Virus record (IMG/VR): IMGVR_UViG_3300048599_000767
Coordinates: 1 to 36,676 of that record
Strand: one strand, 5' to 3'
DNA from: a virus
Taxonomy: Duplodnaviria; Caudoviricetes
Length of the DNA: 36,676 nucleotides
Positions 26,943-34,693 of this stretch are shown piece after piece (the first letter of the stretch is position 1; each line of letters begins with the position of its first letter). Below the pieces are notes generated by a model. The model was not told the origin of the DNA, did no database searches, and saw only the letters and a list, made by a program, of their open reading frames with translations. The position numbers and the translations under genes are program-made.

Positions 26943-27182
26943 TTAGAGCTCGGCTGGGCCGCAGGCGATCGCGGCATTGGCCCACATCATCGCCTCACGC
27001 AGCTTGGTGAGTGCGATGGCCCGCTCACGTGACGGGGGGCACAGCTCAAGGACTTGCCGTGCCGACTCGAGCATGGTGCCACGCACCGCCGCATGCCGCT
27101 CCCCCTTGGTCCCGGTGGGCGCGTGGTAGGCGAACGAGTGATCGACCTGCTGCAGCTCTTCGGGGGTGGGGGTACGAATCAC
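26943..27182 (-). CDS. Acb2/Tad1-like helical-hairpin protein (putative immune-signal sponge)
   Basis: FAYHAP...LCPPSRERAIALTKLREAMMWANAAIA; AGGAG RBS before GTG 27182. Confidence 0.75.
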   Translation of the reverse strand: MIRTPTPEELQQVDHSFAYHAPTGTKGERHAAVRGTMLESARQVLELCPPSRERAIALTKLREAMMWANAAIACGPAEL

Positions 27183-27228
27183 GGCGATGCTCCTGAAGGG
27201 GAGAGGGCGAGGGTGAGCTGCGGAGAAC

Positions 27229-27858
27229 TCAGCGACAGCGGCGACGGCCGCACCGCTGGATGAAGAAAGACTGCGTGGCTGCTGGCTTGTTCGCGACGTA
27301 GGAGTTGACCCAGTCCGCGAGCTCACCCTGCTTGACGTAGCCCGTGCGCCGGGCGACTTCGACTCCCTTCTTCAGTACGACCATGGTCGGGAACTCACGC
27401 ACACGGCACGCGTCGACCAGGTCGGGATGCTTCTCCCCATCGATGAGCTGAAAGTGCGTCGAGTCTCCATACGGCCCGGTGGTCCAGTTCGATCGAGCCA
27501 TGGGCAGGAGCGTCTCCGCGACCAACCGTCGGCATGGTTGGCAGTGCTCGCTGTGAAACACAAAGACGGTCCACTCGGGAGCGGGCTGAGGAGCGAAGAC
27601 GTTAGGACTCGATAGAGGGGCCACAAACGCCTGAACCGTGCGGGGCACGGTTTCACCTTCGTGGTGCGGAACGAGCGGCTCGAATTCCTTGAGATCTTCG
27701 GCGAAGTTCGGGCCCCAAACAGAATACGACAGCACGTCGGTGCGTCGATCGAGGCGGGCGATGTCATCGGGCGGTCCGGGTGGGCTCGCGTTCAAGGTCA
27801 GCAAGCCGACGCAGACGAAACCGGTGACCACCAGCGAAACCAACAGATTGCGAACCAC
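27229..27858 (-). CDS. Exported/membrane-anchored thioredoxin-family protein
   Basis: GGAGG RBS, GTG start, N-terminal hydrophobic helix; FHSEHCQPCR, EFPTMVVLKKGVEVARRTG. Confidence 0.85.
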   Translation of the reverse strand: MVRNLLVSLVVTGFVCVGLLTLNASPPGPPDDIARLDRRTDVLSYSVWGPNFAEDLKEFEPLVPHHEGETVPRTVQAFVAPLSSPNVFAPQPAPEWTVFVFHSEHCQPCRRLVAETLLPMARSNWTTGPYGDSTHFQLIDGEKHPDLVDACRVREFPTMVVLKKGVEVARRTGYVKQGELADWVNSYVANKPAATQSFFIQRCGRRRCR

Positions 27859-27889
27859 AGAGACCTCCAAGCAAAAACAGGGGAAGCGT

Positions 27890-27905
27890 TGTTTCCGAGG
27901 AAACA
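27890..27905. promoter_or_regulatory. parS-like palindrome copy 6 (TGTTTCCGAGGAAACA)
   Basis: Intergenic, upstream of the thioredoxin gene. Confidence 0.75.
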
Positions 27906-27983
27906 CATCGGTGAAACGCAGGGGGCGCTTCACCGCGCGACCACCTGCAGGAAGTCTTCACGGTAGGCGACGGCTGCCGCAAT

Positions 27984-28253
27984 CTAGTGCGGAGCGGGAG
28001 GGGCCTCACCCAGCGGCCGCCTGGTGGACGTCGCCTCGGCGGGAGCCTGGCGACCGTCGTCAAAGCGCTGTGGCGAGCGTGGGCGACTCATGGGCACGCA
28101 ACGGTCCGCACAGCGAGAACAGTGCGGACAGCGGGCCTGCTGCAGACTGCGCACCTCCACGTTCGACGGCAGCAGGTGCGCGCCAATCCCGCAGCGTAGC
28201 GCCACAGCTCCGCTGGCGATCACAAACACGGCAATGGCAATCAGTCGATTCAT
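27984..28253 (-). CDS. Small membrane/secreted Cys-cluster protein
   Basis: GAGG RBS; N-terminal hydrophobic helix; CPHCSRCADRC. Confidence 0.55.
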   Translation of the reverse strand: MNRLIAIAVFVIASGAVALRCGIGAHLLPSNVEVRSLQQARCPHCSRCADRCVPMSRPRSPQRFDDGRQAPAEATSTRRPLGEAPPAPH

Positions 28254-28302
28254 GGGGAACCTCAGGAACTACGAATGGGGAAGGCGGAAACCACGCTCCC
28301 CA

Positions 28303-28749
28303 TTACGCGCGCGGGATCGTGATGTTCAGTTGCGTCTCCAAGTACTTGAGCAGCGACTCCCGGTCCGCCGGATCAGCCAGGCGTTGTTTCAGCCGCGCTT
28401 TTTCGAGGGTATCGAGGATTCCCGACCGCGTGGCCTTGTCGTCGAGCTGATCGAAGATCGTCAGCACATCGGCAGGGATCTTGTACCATTTCCCCTCGCT
28501 CGCGTCCTTGATCAGCGGCGCGAGGAAGGGCAGACCCAGCGGATCGACGTGCCGCAGCAGGTTGGCGGCTCGGCTGGCGATCGAGGCCAGCTCGGGCACC
28601 ACCGTGGCCACGGTCGAGAGCGTGGTCCCGGTGCCGAGATTGCGGATCATGAAAAACACCAGAGCGAAAATGGCCACGGCGACTCCCAGCCACAGCATGG
28701 GCTGGAGATTCATATTGACCGGCATATTGAACAAACCCAACAGCGACAT
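28303..28749 (-). CDS. Membrane protein (one TM), possibly holin-like
   Basis: GGAG RBS; MLWLGVAVAIFALVFFMI. Confidence 0.65.
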   Translation of the reverse strand: MSLLGLFNMPVNMNLQPMLWLGVAVAIFALVFFMIRNLGTGTTLSTVATVVPELASIASRAANLLRHVDPLGLPFLAPLIKDASEGKWYKIPADVLTIFDQLDDKATRSGILDTLEKARLKQRLADPADRESLLKYLETQLNITIPRA

Positions 28750-28808
28750 AACCAACTCCAGCGAAACGAAGGAAAGAAGCGAAGGAAGCGGGGCAGCGGC
28801 CGCGTGGC

Positions 28809-29465
28809 CTAGCCGCTCTGAGGTTTGCGGTACATCGCCGCGGCGACGGCCGCGAGCCCGGCGATGATCACCAGCGCGATCATGGCGGGATCTACCGAAG
28901 TCGTGCCGCCGCTGTTGTCGGGCCCACGCATGTCAGGGATCCGCGACAACGGCCGCGTGGGGCTCGGTTGACAGTCAGGGCAATCTGACTTGTAGGCCCA
29001 GATCGCGGACTCGATTTCATCGGCGAGCTCTTCGGCGGCTGCCGGGATGTTCGTGCCGCTCGCCTTGTAAATCACTTGCGCCTGTTCGGTGCAGACCAGG
29101 ACGATCGGCAGCTTTTCACCCGCCAAGTACTTGGCCGGCCACCAATGGCTCGCCGGCCAAAAATGCGGCTTCACCTGGCGAACCAGATTCGCCAGGCGTG
29201 GGGCCTGCCCGATCGACTGTTGCAACTCCGTCGACTCCTTGGTCGAGTCGATCACGACGACCAGGTGCCACATGTCCCCATCTTCGGGCAAGTCGATCAC
29301 TCGCTCTTCGATCGGCCGCTGATGGATCAGCGATCGAGGCCCACCGGCGAAGATCGGCCCTTGCGGCGCTGCCCACAACGGGGCGACGGACAGCAGCGCA
29401 AGCAGAGCTGCGATCACGATTTGACGAAGGGCTGCGGCGGGGGTGGATTGACAACGATCGTCCAT
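28809..29465 (-). CDS. Exported thioredoxin-fold-like protein with C-terminal membrane anchor
   Basis: Signal peptide IAALLALLSVAPLWA; LPIVLVCTEQAQVIYKASG; CPDC; C-terminal TM plus RK; alternative GTG start at 29417. Confidence 0.6.
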   Translation of the reverse strand: MDDRCQSTPAAALRQIVIAALLALLSVAPLWAAPQGPIFAGGPRSLIHQRPIEERVIDLPEDGDMWHLVVVIDSTKESTELQQSIGQAPRLANLVRQVKPHFWPASHWWPAKYLAGEKLPIVLVCTEQAQVIYKASGTNIPAAAEELADEIESAIWAYKSDCPDCQPSPTRPLSRIPDMRGPDNSGGTTSVDPAMIALVIIAGLAAVAAAMYRKPQSG

Positions 29466-30097
29466 GCGAAACCTCCAAAACCATGCCAATTGCGAAAAAA
29501 AGCTTTGCGTTCGACGCGCTCGGGATGGCCGACGCGCTCCGGGTAATCGGTGGCGTTGTTGTCGAGCAGGTAGGCAAACTGCGCATCGAGGCCGATGAGA
29601 TTGATCGAGTGGACGGGCTTATAGAAAATCCCACAGCCACGGCGGGTGCGGACGCACCACTCAATGAACTGCTCGCCGTCGTCGCGGCCGTCCCGATTGT
29701 TGTCCTGACCACCATGGGCGAAGGCGTAACGGACGCCCGACTTCTCGAGCCGCTGCACCAGGCGATCGTCATACTCACCGCCGCTGTACGTGCGCCGCCA
29801 CCAGTCGGCGAGCTCGAACAGGCCCATGTAGCGGAGCAACGTGACGTTGCTCGCGTGCACGCATGAACCGCCGCCCCAGTTGCGGGTGCGGAATTCGTAG
29901 GGCAGGTCGAGCACGACGCCCAGATAGGTGCCGGAGGGAACGTCATCCTCCATGCGCAGGCGGCGGAGTTGGCGCTGGGCCTCGTCGGTCAGGGCATCGT
30001 CGCCATGGGTCCCGCTGGCCAGAGCGGCCAGAATCGCGGGGGAGCTGCAGAGCGCGGCCAGGGCCGCGCGTCGATCGATTTGGGGGGCTTCGGTCAT
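29414..30097 (-). CDS. Papain-like (C39-type) cysteine peptidase with twin-arginine-like signal
   Basis: GGSCVHAS (Cys), VHSINLIG (His), LLDNN (Asp/Asn); N-terminal DRRAALAAL. Confidence 0.72.
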   Translation of the reverse strand: MTEAPQIDRRAALAALCSSPAILAALASGTHGDDALTDEAQRQLRRLRMEDDVPSGTYLGVVLDLPYEFRTRNWGGGSCVHASNVTLLRYMGLFELADWWRRTYSGGEYDDRLVQRLEKSGVRYAFAHGGQDNNRDGRDDGEQFIEWCVRTRRGCGIFYKPVHSINLIGLDAQFAYLLDNNATDYPERVGHPERVERKAFFRNWHGFGGFAWTIVVNPPPPQPFVKS

Positions 30098-30128
30098 GAT
30101 GCGCTCGGCAAAGGCAACAGGCGGCTCG

Positions 30129-30144
30129 CGTTTCCCCGGAAACA
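30129..30144. promoter_or_regulatory. parS-like palindrome copy 7 (CGTTTCCCCGGAAACA)
   Basis: Intergenic, upstream of the peptidase gene. Confidence 0.75.
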
Positions 30145-30226
30145 GAGCTCCTGGGGAACATCGCCACTCTATCGCCGGCGCGCCGCAAACCAGTTGCTTG
30201 CCGCGTCAGATTCCACCTCGCCGCAG

Positions 30227-30619
30227 CTACGCCGGCAGTGCGAATTGAGGCTTCAGCGTCTTCACCCGGAAATAGGCGTAAGTCGACTTCGCGTCGTCAC
30301 CAACGCCCGCGATCAGCTGGAATTTGAAGAGGTAGCTCGTGGCAGCAGCTGCTATCTGCGAAGCGACGACCGGGAAGGCGAAGTTGTAGCCGATCTTGTC
30401 CTTCTTCCACCGCCCGTCGACCGTCAGATCGGAGAGAACTGTGGCCACGTCGACGGCGACGGCCGCGACATTGGTCCCGAGCGTCTCGTTGTCGACACGC
30501 AAGTTGATGGCGGACAGATCACCTGGCTTGGCCCATTTCCCCGCGAGGTTCCACAGCCGCGCGAGGATGAAGAATTCGGAGCCGGGCAGCACTTCGCCCA
30601 GGTCTTCTATTTGTTGCAT
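30227..30619 (-). CDS. Hypothetical beta-rich protein, possibly virion-associated
   Basis: GGAG RBS region; operon position. Confidence 0.6.
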   Translation of the reverse strand: MQQIEDLGEVLPGSEFFILARLWNLAGKWAKPGDLSAINLRVDNETLGTNVAAVAVDVATVLSDLTVDGRWKKDKIGYNFAFPVVASQIAAAATSYLFKFQLIAGVGDDAKSTYAYFRVKTLKPQFALPA

Positions 30620-30930
30620 CGGCGTACATCTCCACAGCAGCCCGTTTGCCAGGTCGCGAAATCGGCCGCGAACGCAGCGACCACCTGCGACGTCGCAGCG
30701 AACTCGTCACTTTGGTCGATCGATGCCGCAAATAGCTCCGAGGCGATCGGGCCCAGCGGAAACCTTTGTCCCGATCCAATGCCTGGAACGAAGGAGCTGG
30801 CCGCGCAGACGCAAAATGCGTGCTCCGGTGGGAATGGCTCGAAGACGTCGAGGACGAGCACCAGCCACTGGTCACCGTCCGGATCGAGCACGCAGTCATC
30901 GGAGGCATCGGGATCCAGCACCCACTCCAT
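30607..30930 (-). CDS. Acidic hypothetical protein
   Basis: GGAGG RBS; VLDPD repeated twice; start overlaps upstream stop. Confidence 0.55.
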   Translation of the reverse strand: MEWVLDPDASDDCVLDPDGDQWLVLVLDVFEPFPPEHAFCVCAASSFVPGIGSGQRFPLGPIASELFAASIDQSDEFAATSQVVAAFAADFATWQTGCCGDVRRCNK

Positions 30931-31571
30931 CAGCGAAACGCCTCCATCGTGCGCGGATGGTCCGATGCTGTCGGAGATCCTGTGAGCGAGCCGTTCGCGG
31001 CGTTGATCAGATCGGGTTCGGGGCTGATTCGACCGAGCAAGGGCGCATACCAGACCAGGCTGGCCGGCCGCACTTGATCCGGCGTGATGCCGTGGGCCAG
31101 GCTGAGCGCCTCGGCAGCCGAGAAGCCGATATTCCAGACGCCGATCTCAGCCAGGTCGCCTGGCCACGCGCTGCTGCCGTCGGACAGCGCGCCGATCCGC
31201 TTCGTGCCGGTGAAACTGCCGGGGGCCGTGTGGGCGAAGGTGCCATCCGCCACGCCGTTGCGGTAGTGCGCGCCGGAAGCGCCCGTGATCGACACGCAGT
31301 AGTGGACCCACGCGCCGCTGTTGTACGCGGAGGTCGCGACGCGCCAAGCATTGGTGCCATTCGACCAGTACCTCATCTGCCCGGTGCTGGCCAGGATCGA
31401 GATGCCCCAGCCGGTGAACGGGCTGCTGACGTTGTAACAACCGGCCACGTAGCGGGTTTGCGTCGTCGTGGTCTTGAGCCAGCAGGCGAATGTAAAATCG
31501 CCCGTCAGCTGCAGCACCGACGTCGTGCCCATACTTAGGCTCTGGCTGGTACCAGAAAACGACCGAGCCAC
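30930..31571 (-). CDS. LamG / concanavalin A-like lectin domain protein
   Basis: DFTFACWLK...GAWVHYCV...YRNGV...WPGDLAEIGVWN. Confidence 0.85.
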   Translation of the reverse strand: MARSFSGTSQSLSMGTTSVLQLTGDFTFACWLKTTTTQTRYVAGCYNVSSPFTGWGISILASTGQMRYWSNGTNAWRVATSAYNSGAWVHYCVSITGASGAHYRNGVADGTFAHTAPGSFTGTKRIGALSDGSSAWPGDLAEIGVWNIGFSAAEALSLAHGITPDQVRPASLVWYAPLLGRISPEPDLINAANGSLTGSPTASDHPRTMEAFR

Positions 31572-31574
31572 GCG

Positions 31575-32636
31575 CTACGTCTCCTTTCCGGACAGACCGT
31601 GCAACTCGGCATCGTTCGAGTTCATCGTGTCGTTGGCGTGTTGCGCATTCCGCCGCACGCGAACGATGGCAAATTCACCGTTGGCCCAATCGTCCATGTC
31701 GCTGCCGTTGGTGAACGTGATCGTCGCATAGGCGAGTTCGCCGGCGGCGCTGGCCGTGGTGTCGTCGACCACGTTGAAGTCGTACGAGTGAGAGCCGTCG
31801 ACGTCCTCGGCATCGTCAGTCAAGCGACGAATGCCAATCTCCCAGCGGCAGTTGCCCGTGGTAGCTCCCGAGGACCATGGAAGCGTAAATGTCAGCCCGC
31901 CGCCGCTGTAGTTCATCAGGCGGCAGAGAAAATCCATGTACTCGATCGCTGACGGGTCGAAGTCCCACACGAGAAATGCCTCGGCAGGCGAGCTCCCACC
32001 GACGCGCACGTCACGCGTGGCGAAGTCGGTACCTGGTGGCACGGCGCGAATCACCTCCACGCGCCCTTTCGTGGCGGCGGTCAGGGCCGAAGTCGTCGCC
32101 CGCGTGTCGATGTCGGCCTGCATGACAAACAGCTGAGAGTCGATGTAGCTGATGCCGTCATCGGTGTACGAATTGGCGCTCGTCAGAGCAGCCGCTGCCG
32201 CGCTGGCAGCGGTTCCCGCCAGATCGAAGTCTGACGCGTGCTTGCCATCAAGCCGATCCGCGTTGAGATTTGTTACGAGCGTGTTCGAGGACACCGTGAG
32301 CGGGGCCGTGCCCGTCGTGGCGGAGCTGATGAGCACCGGTGCCGCCACCGAAGATTTGAAGAACGCTCCTGCCGCGATGTAGAAATCGTAGTCCGTGTCG
32401 TCGGAGTTCGATCCGCTGATGATGGGGTCGCCGATGACGTTAGAGACGATTCTGATACGCTCAACGTCAGCCGAGTCCCGCAGCAGGAGCTGGCCATGCG
32501 CGTTGCCACCGATTTGCACGGTGCCAACGTTGGAGGCGTTGGCAAAGACAACGTACACATGCCCGCTGCTGAGTGCGGCCGTGATGGGGAGCTGCTTGAG
32601 CGCTCCCGACTCTTGAGTGACAAGTCGCTTCGTCAT
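31575..32636 (-). CDS. Fibre-like virion protein
   Basis: Fibre motif VTNLNADRLDGKHASDF, coiled-coil neck, C-terminal beta domain. Confidence 0.7.
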   Translation of the reverse strand: MTKRLVTQESGALKQLPITAALSSGHVYVVFANASNVGTVQIGGNAHGQLLLRDSADVERIRIVSNVIGDPIISGSNSDDTDYDFYIAAGAFFKSSVAAPVLISSATTGTAPLTVSSNTLVTNLNADRLDGKHASDFDLAGTAASAAAAALTSANSYTDDGISYIDSQLFVMQADIDTRATTSALTAATKGRVEVIRAVPPGTDFATRDVRVGGSSPAEAFLVWDFDPSAIEYMDFLCRLMNYSGGGLTFTLPWSSGATTGNCRWEIGIRRLTDDAEDVDGSHSYDFNVVDDTTASAAGELAYATITFTNGSDMDDWANGEFAIVRVRRNAQHANDTMNSNDAELHGLSGKET

Positions 32637-32651
32637 CGGTGGCAGTTGCTC

Positions 32652-33155
32652 TTACAGTTCGACCGTCAACCCGTTCCCTTCGAAATTGAGCACCGCGGCA
32701 TCGGTGGCCACGCCAACTTTCTGCAGGATGTTGCCGCTGCCGCTGGGCGGCGTGTGGGTCGACAGACCTGGAGTGGTGGACAAGTACTGCGGCCCCGGCG
32801 TCAGGCCAGTGACCTGGGTATTGCTCCCCTCGAAGTACACGGTTGCTGGCTGGCCGGACGTCACAGCCGCGAGGACAAACCCGTGGGCCTCCTTGCCGGC
32901 CGTGGTAGCGTCGGCCTTGCGGGCCTTGGCGCCGGTGCTGTTGTGAATATTGACCAGGTCGCCGGCGGCGAGGTTCTCACTCGCCTCGACCACCTGCGTG
33001 TCTGCGCCGATGCCGACGGGCATCATGCTGTTGTCGATTCGGCCAGCCGCGTCGAGCGCCACGATTCGGCCGGCGTCTCCCGCGCCAGCCGAACTGATCT
33101 TGGCTTCGACTGCTTTGATTGCGCTGCCAACGACCTGCAGAGGTTTGTCTGCCAT
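32652..33155 (-). CDS. Virion structural / decoration protein (DUF2190-like)
   Basis: AGGAG RBS; ASENLAAGDLVNI...ARKADA...AHGFV...GLTPG..YLSTTPG. Confidence 0.7.
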   Translation of the reverse strand: MADKPLQVVGSAIKAVEAKISSAGAGDAGRIVALDAAGRIDNSMMPVGIGADTQVVEASENLAAGDLVNIHNSTGAKARKADATTAGKEAHGFVLAAVTSGQPATVYFEGSNTQVTGLTPGPQYLSTTPGLSTHTPPSGSGNILQKVGVATDAAVLNFEGNGLTVEL

Positions 33156-33166
33156 GAATGCCACTC

Positions 33167-33535
33167 CTAGGAAGAAAGAACGATGGGAGGATGAACGTCG
33201 ATAAAGATCTGGGTTGGCGAGTCGGCGATCGCGAGCTGCTGCAGCACGCCGGACGTCGGCACGGTCTGAGTCAGCACGCCGTCACCGGTCGCGAAGATGG
33301 GCTGGCCAGGCGTCCAATTCCAAGACGCCTCACGCATGGGCCCCAACACTTGAATCCGCGCAACACTGCCGATCGCAACCGCGCCTCGTGAAATCCCACG
33401 GACTAGTCGACGATCGGGCTCCGCCTGATTGGCATGCACGGCCGTGCCGTCAACGATGGCGATCGCCCGATGGCCGCCGAGCGTTTCGCTCGCCGGGAAC
33501 TCGACGACAGGCCCCTTCAGTCGCTTATCGTCCAT
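33167..33535 (-). CDS. Virion decoration protein (DUF2190-like)
   Basis: ASETLGGHRAI...WNWTPGQPIFATGDGVLTQTVP. Confidence 0.65.
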   Translation of the reverse strand: MDDKRLKGPVVEFPASETLGGHRAIAIVDGTAVHANQAEPDRRLVRGISRGAVAIGSVARIQVLGPMREASWNWTPGQPIFATGDGVLTQTVPTSGVLQQLAIADSPTQIFIDVHPPIVLSS

Positions 33536-33538
33536 GCG

Positions 33539-33727
33539 TTACTCGCTGGGTGGGGGCTGCCAAGGCTCAATTCGAGCGTGAACGGTTTCGAGCGTTTCCC
33601 GGGAAACACGGCGCTCGTGACAGTCCTTGCATTCGATCTGGCCGCGATGACGATGCCCGCGCTCGGTGATCACGTACCAATCGCGAGTTGGTTGGTAGCA
33701 GTCCAGGCAGACACGCGGGGGCATCAT
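33539..33727 (-). CDS. Small zinc-ribbon protein
   Basis: CLDC...CKDC. Confidence 0.5.
   Translation of the reverse strand: MMPPRVCLDCYQPTRDWYVITERGHRHRGQIECKDCHERRVSRETLETVHARIEPWQPPPSE
33593..33608. promoter_or_regulatory. parS-like palindrome copy 8 (CGTTTCCCGGGAAACA)
   Basis: Within the small Zn-ribbon ORF. Confidence 0.7.
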
Positions 33728-33737
33728 GATCAGACTT

Positions 33738-33974
33738 TCACGCGGCGGTAAGCTCGCGCCGGCTGGCACAGACCAAACAGGGGTTGGTCTGCATTCCGCC
33801 GCAGCCGCCGCAGCGTGCATGCTTGGTCGGCAATCGACGATAGCGACGGCCGTGTTTGGCGATGCGAGCGACGGTGTCGACGCTGACGCCGACTTCGGCC
33901 GCGATGCGGCTGTGGTTCGGAAAAGGGGCGGATAGGCGCAGTTCGATTGCACGGATTTGATGCTCTGTCGTCAC
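33738..33974 (-). CDS. HTH plus zinc-finger protein, probable transcription regulator heading the late operon
   Basis: AAGGA RBS, GTG start; HSRIAAEVGVSVDTVARIA HTH; CGGCG...PCLVC. Confidence 0.7.
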   Translation of the reverse strand: MTTEHQIRAIELRLSAPFPNHSRIAAEVGVSVDTVARIAKHGRRYRRLPTKHARCGGCGGMQTNPCLVCASRRELTAA

Positions 33975-34126
33975 GCTCGCGTTCCTTGCGGCCAAAGAAG
34001 GCAGGTCGGGATTACTCCTACGTTTTAGACGTCCCGCCCCGCAAACCGAACGCATCGGATTGCGGCAGCCGCGGGCCAAACTGACCTGAGCAACGTAAAT
34101 CCCACTAGCCCAAAAGGATCAGTGAC

Positions 34127-34447
34127 ATGGCCGCGGCGGACCTCACGCGCGAAGAATTGGAGCACTACGCTTCGCTGCACGAACGGCGTTTAGAACTCAA
34201 TCGGCAAGCAGCCGCCCTGGAACGTGAGGCCGACTTGATCGAGCCGAAGATCTGGGCGTTCATCAAGAAGCAAGGCAACCGCTCGAAGGCGGTCAGCAAG
34301 TGGGGCTTCAACCTGGCAGTGAAGCTCAAGCAGGCAGCTGTAAAGTGGAAGGACGAGTTCCTGAAGCTGGCCGGAGCGGAGAAGGTCGCGGAGTTGGCTG
34401 CTGCCGCACCAATGAAGGAAAGCCTCAGCGTGGAGCGCGCCGCCTGA
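34127..34447 (+). CDS. Coiled-coil hypothetical protein (weak Mu Gam/Gp157-like layout)
   Basis: AAAGGA RBS; long helix followed by short beta segments. Confidence 0.6.
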   Translation: MAAADLTREELEHYASLHERRLELNRQAAALEREADLIEPKIWAFIKKQGNRSKAVSKWGFNLAVKLKQAAVKWKDEFLKLAGAEKVAELAAAAPMKESLSVERAA

Positions 34448-34448
34448 C

Positions 34449-34670
34449 ATGGCAGACGACAACAAACCCTCGGACTACTTGAAGGGCTGCCCCTCACTGA
34501 CGGACGGCCTGCTCAAAAAGATCGGTCGCCGGCGGAACCTCGAGGCGAGAACCGAACGAGCTGCCGACAAGCAGATCGATAAGCTGAAGGCGGAGATCCG
34601 CGAGCGGCGCGAAGCCTATAATCGCCAGCACGACGATGTCATCGTGCCCGAACCGCCCGTCGAGTGCTGA
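34449..34670 (+). CDS. Hypothetical coiled-coil protein
   Basis: GGAG RBS; abuts upstream gene. Confidence 0.55.
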   Translation: MADDNKPSDYLKGCPSLTDGLLKKIGRRRNLEARTERAADKQIDKLKAEIRERREAYNRQHDDVIVPEPPVEC

Positions 34671-34674
34671 TGGG

Positions 34675-34690
34675 TGTTTCCTCGGAAACA
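34675..34690. promoter_or_regulatory. parS-like palindrome copy 9 (TGTTTCCTCGGAAACA)
   Basis: Fills most of the 23-bp gap between convergent genes. Confidence 0.75.
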
Positions 34691-34693
34691 TCG

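Noticed and set aside
34127-34670. Two-gene + strand unit as a toxin-antitoxin pair or Mu Gam
   Set aside because: Only size and helical pattern suggest it; no recognisable family motif
4364-34690. The 16-bp palindromes as terminator hairpins or REP elements
   Set aside because: A 2-nt centre cannot form a loop, there are no U-tracts and flanks are not shared; a dimeric protein-binding site fits better
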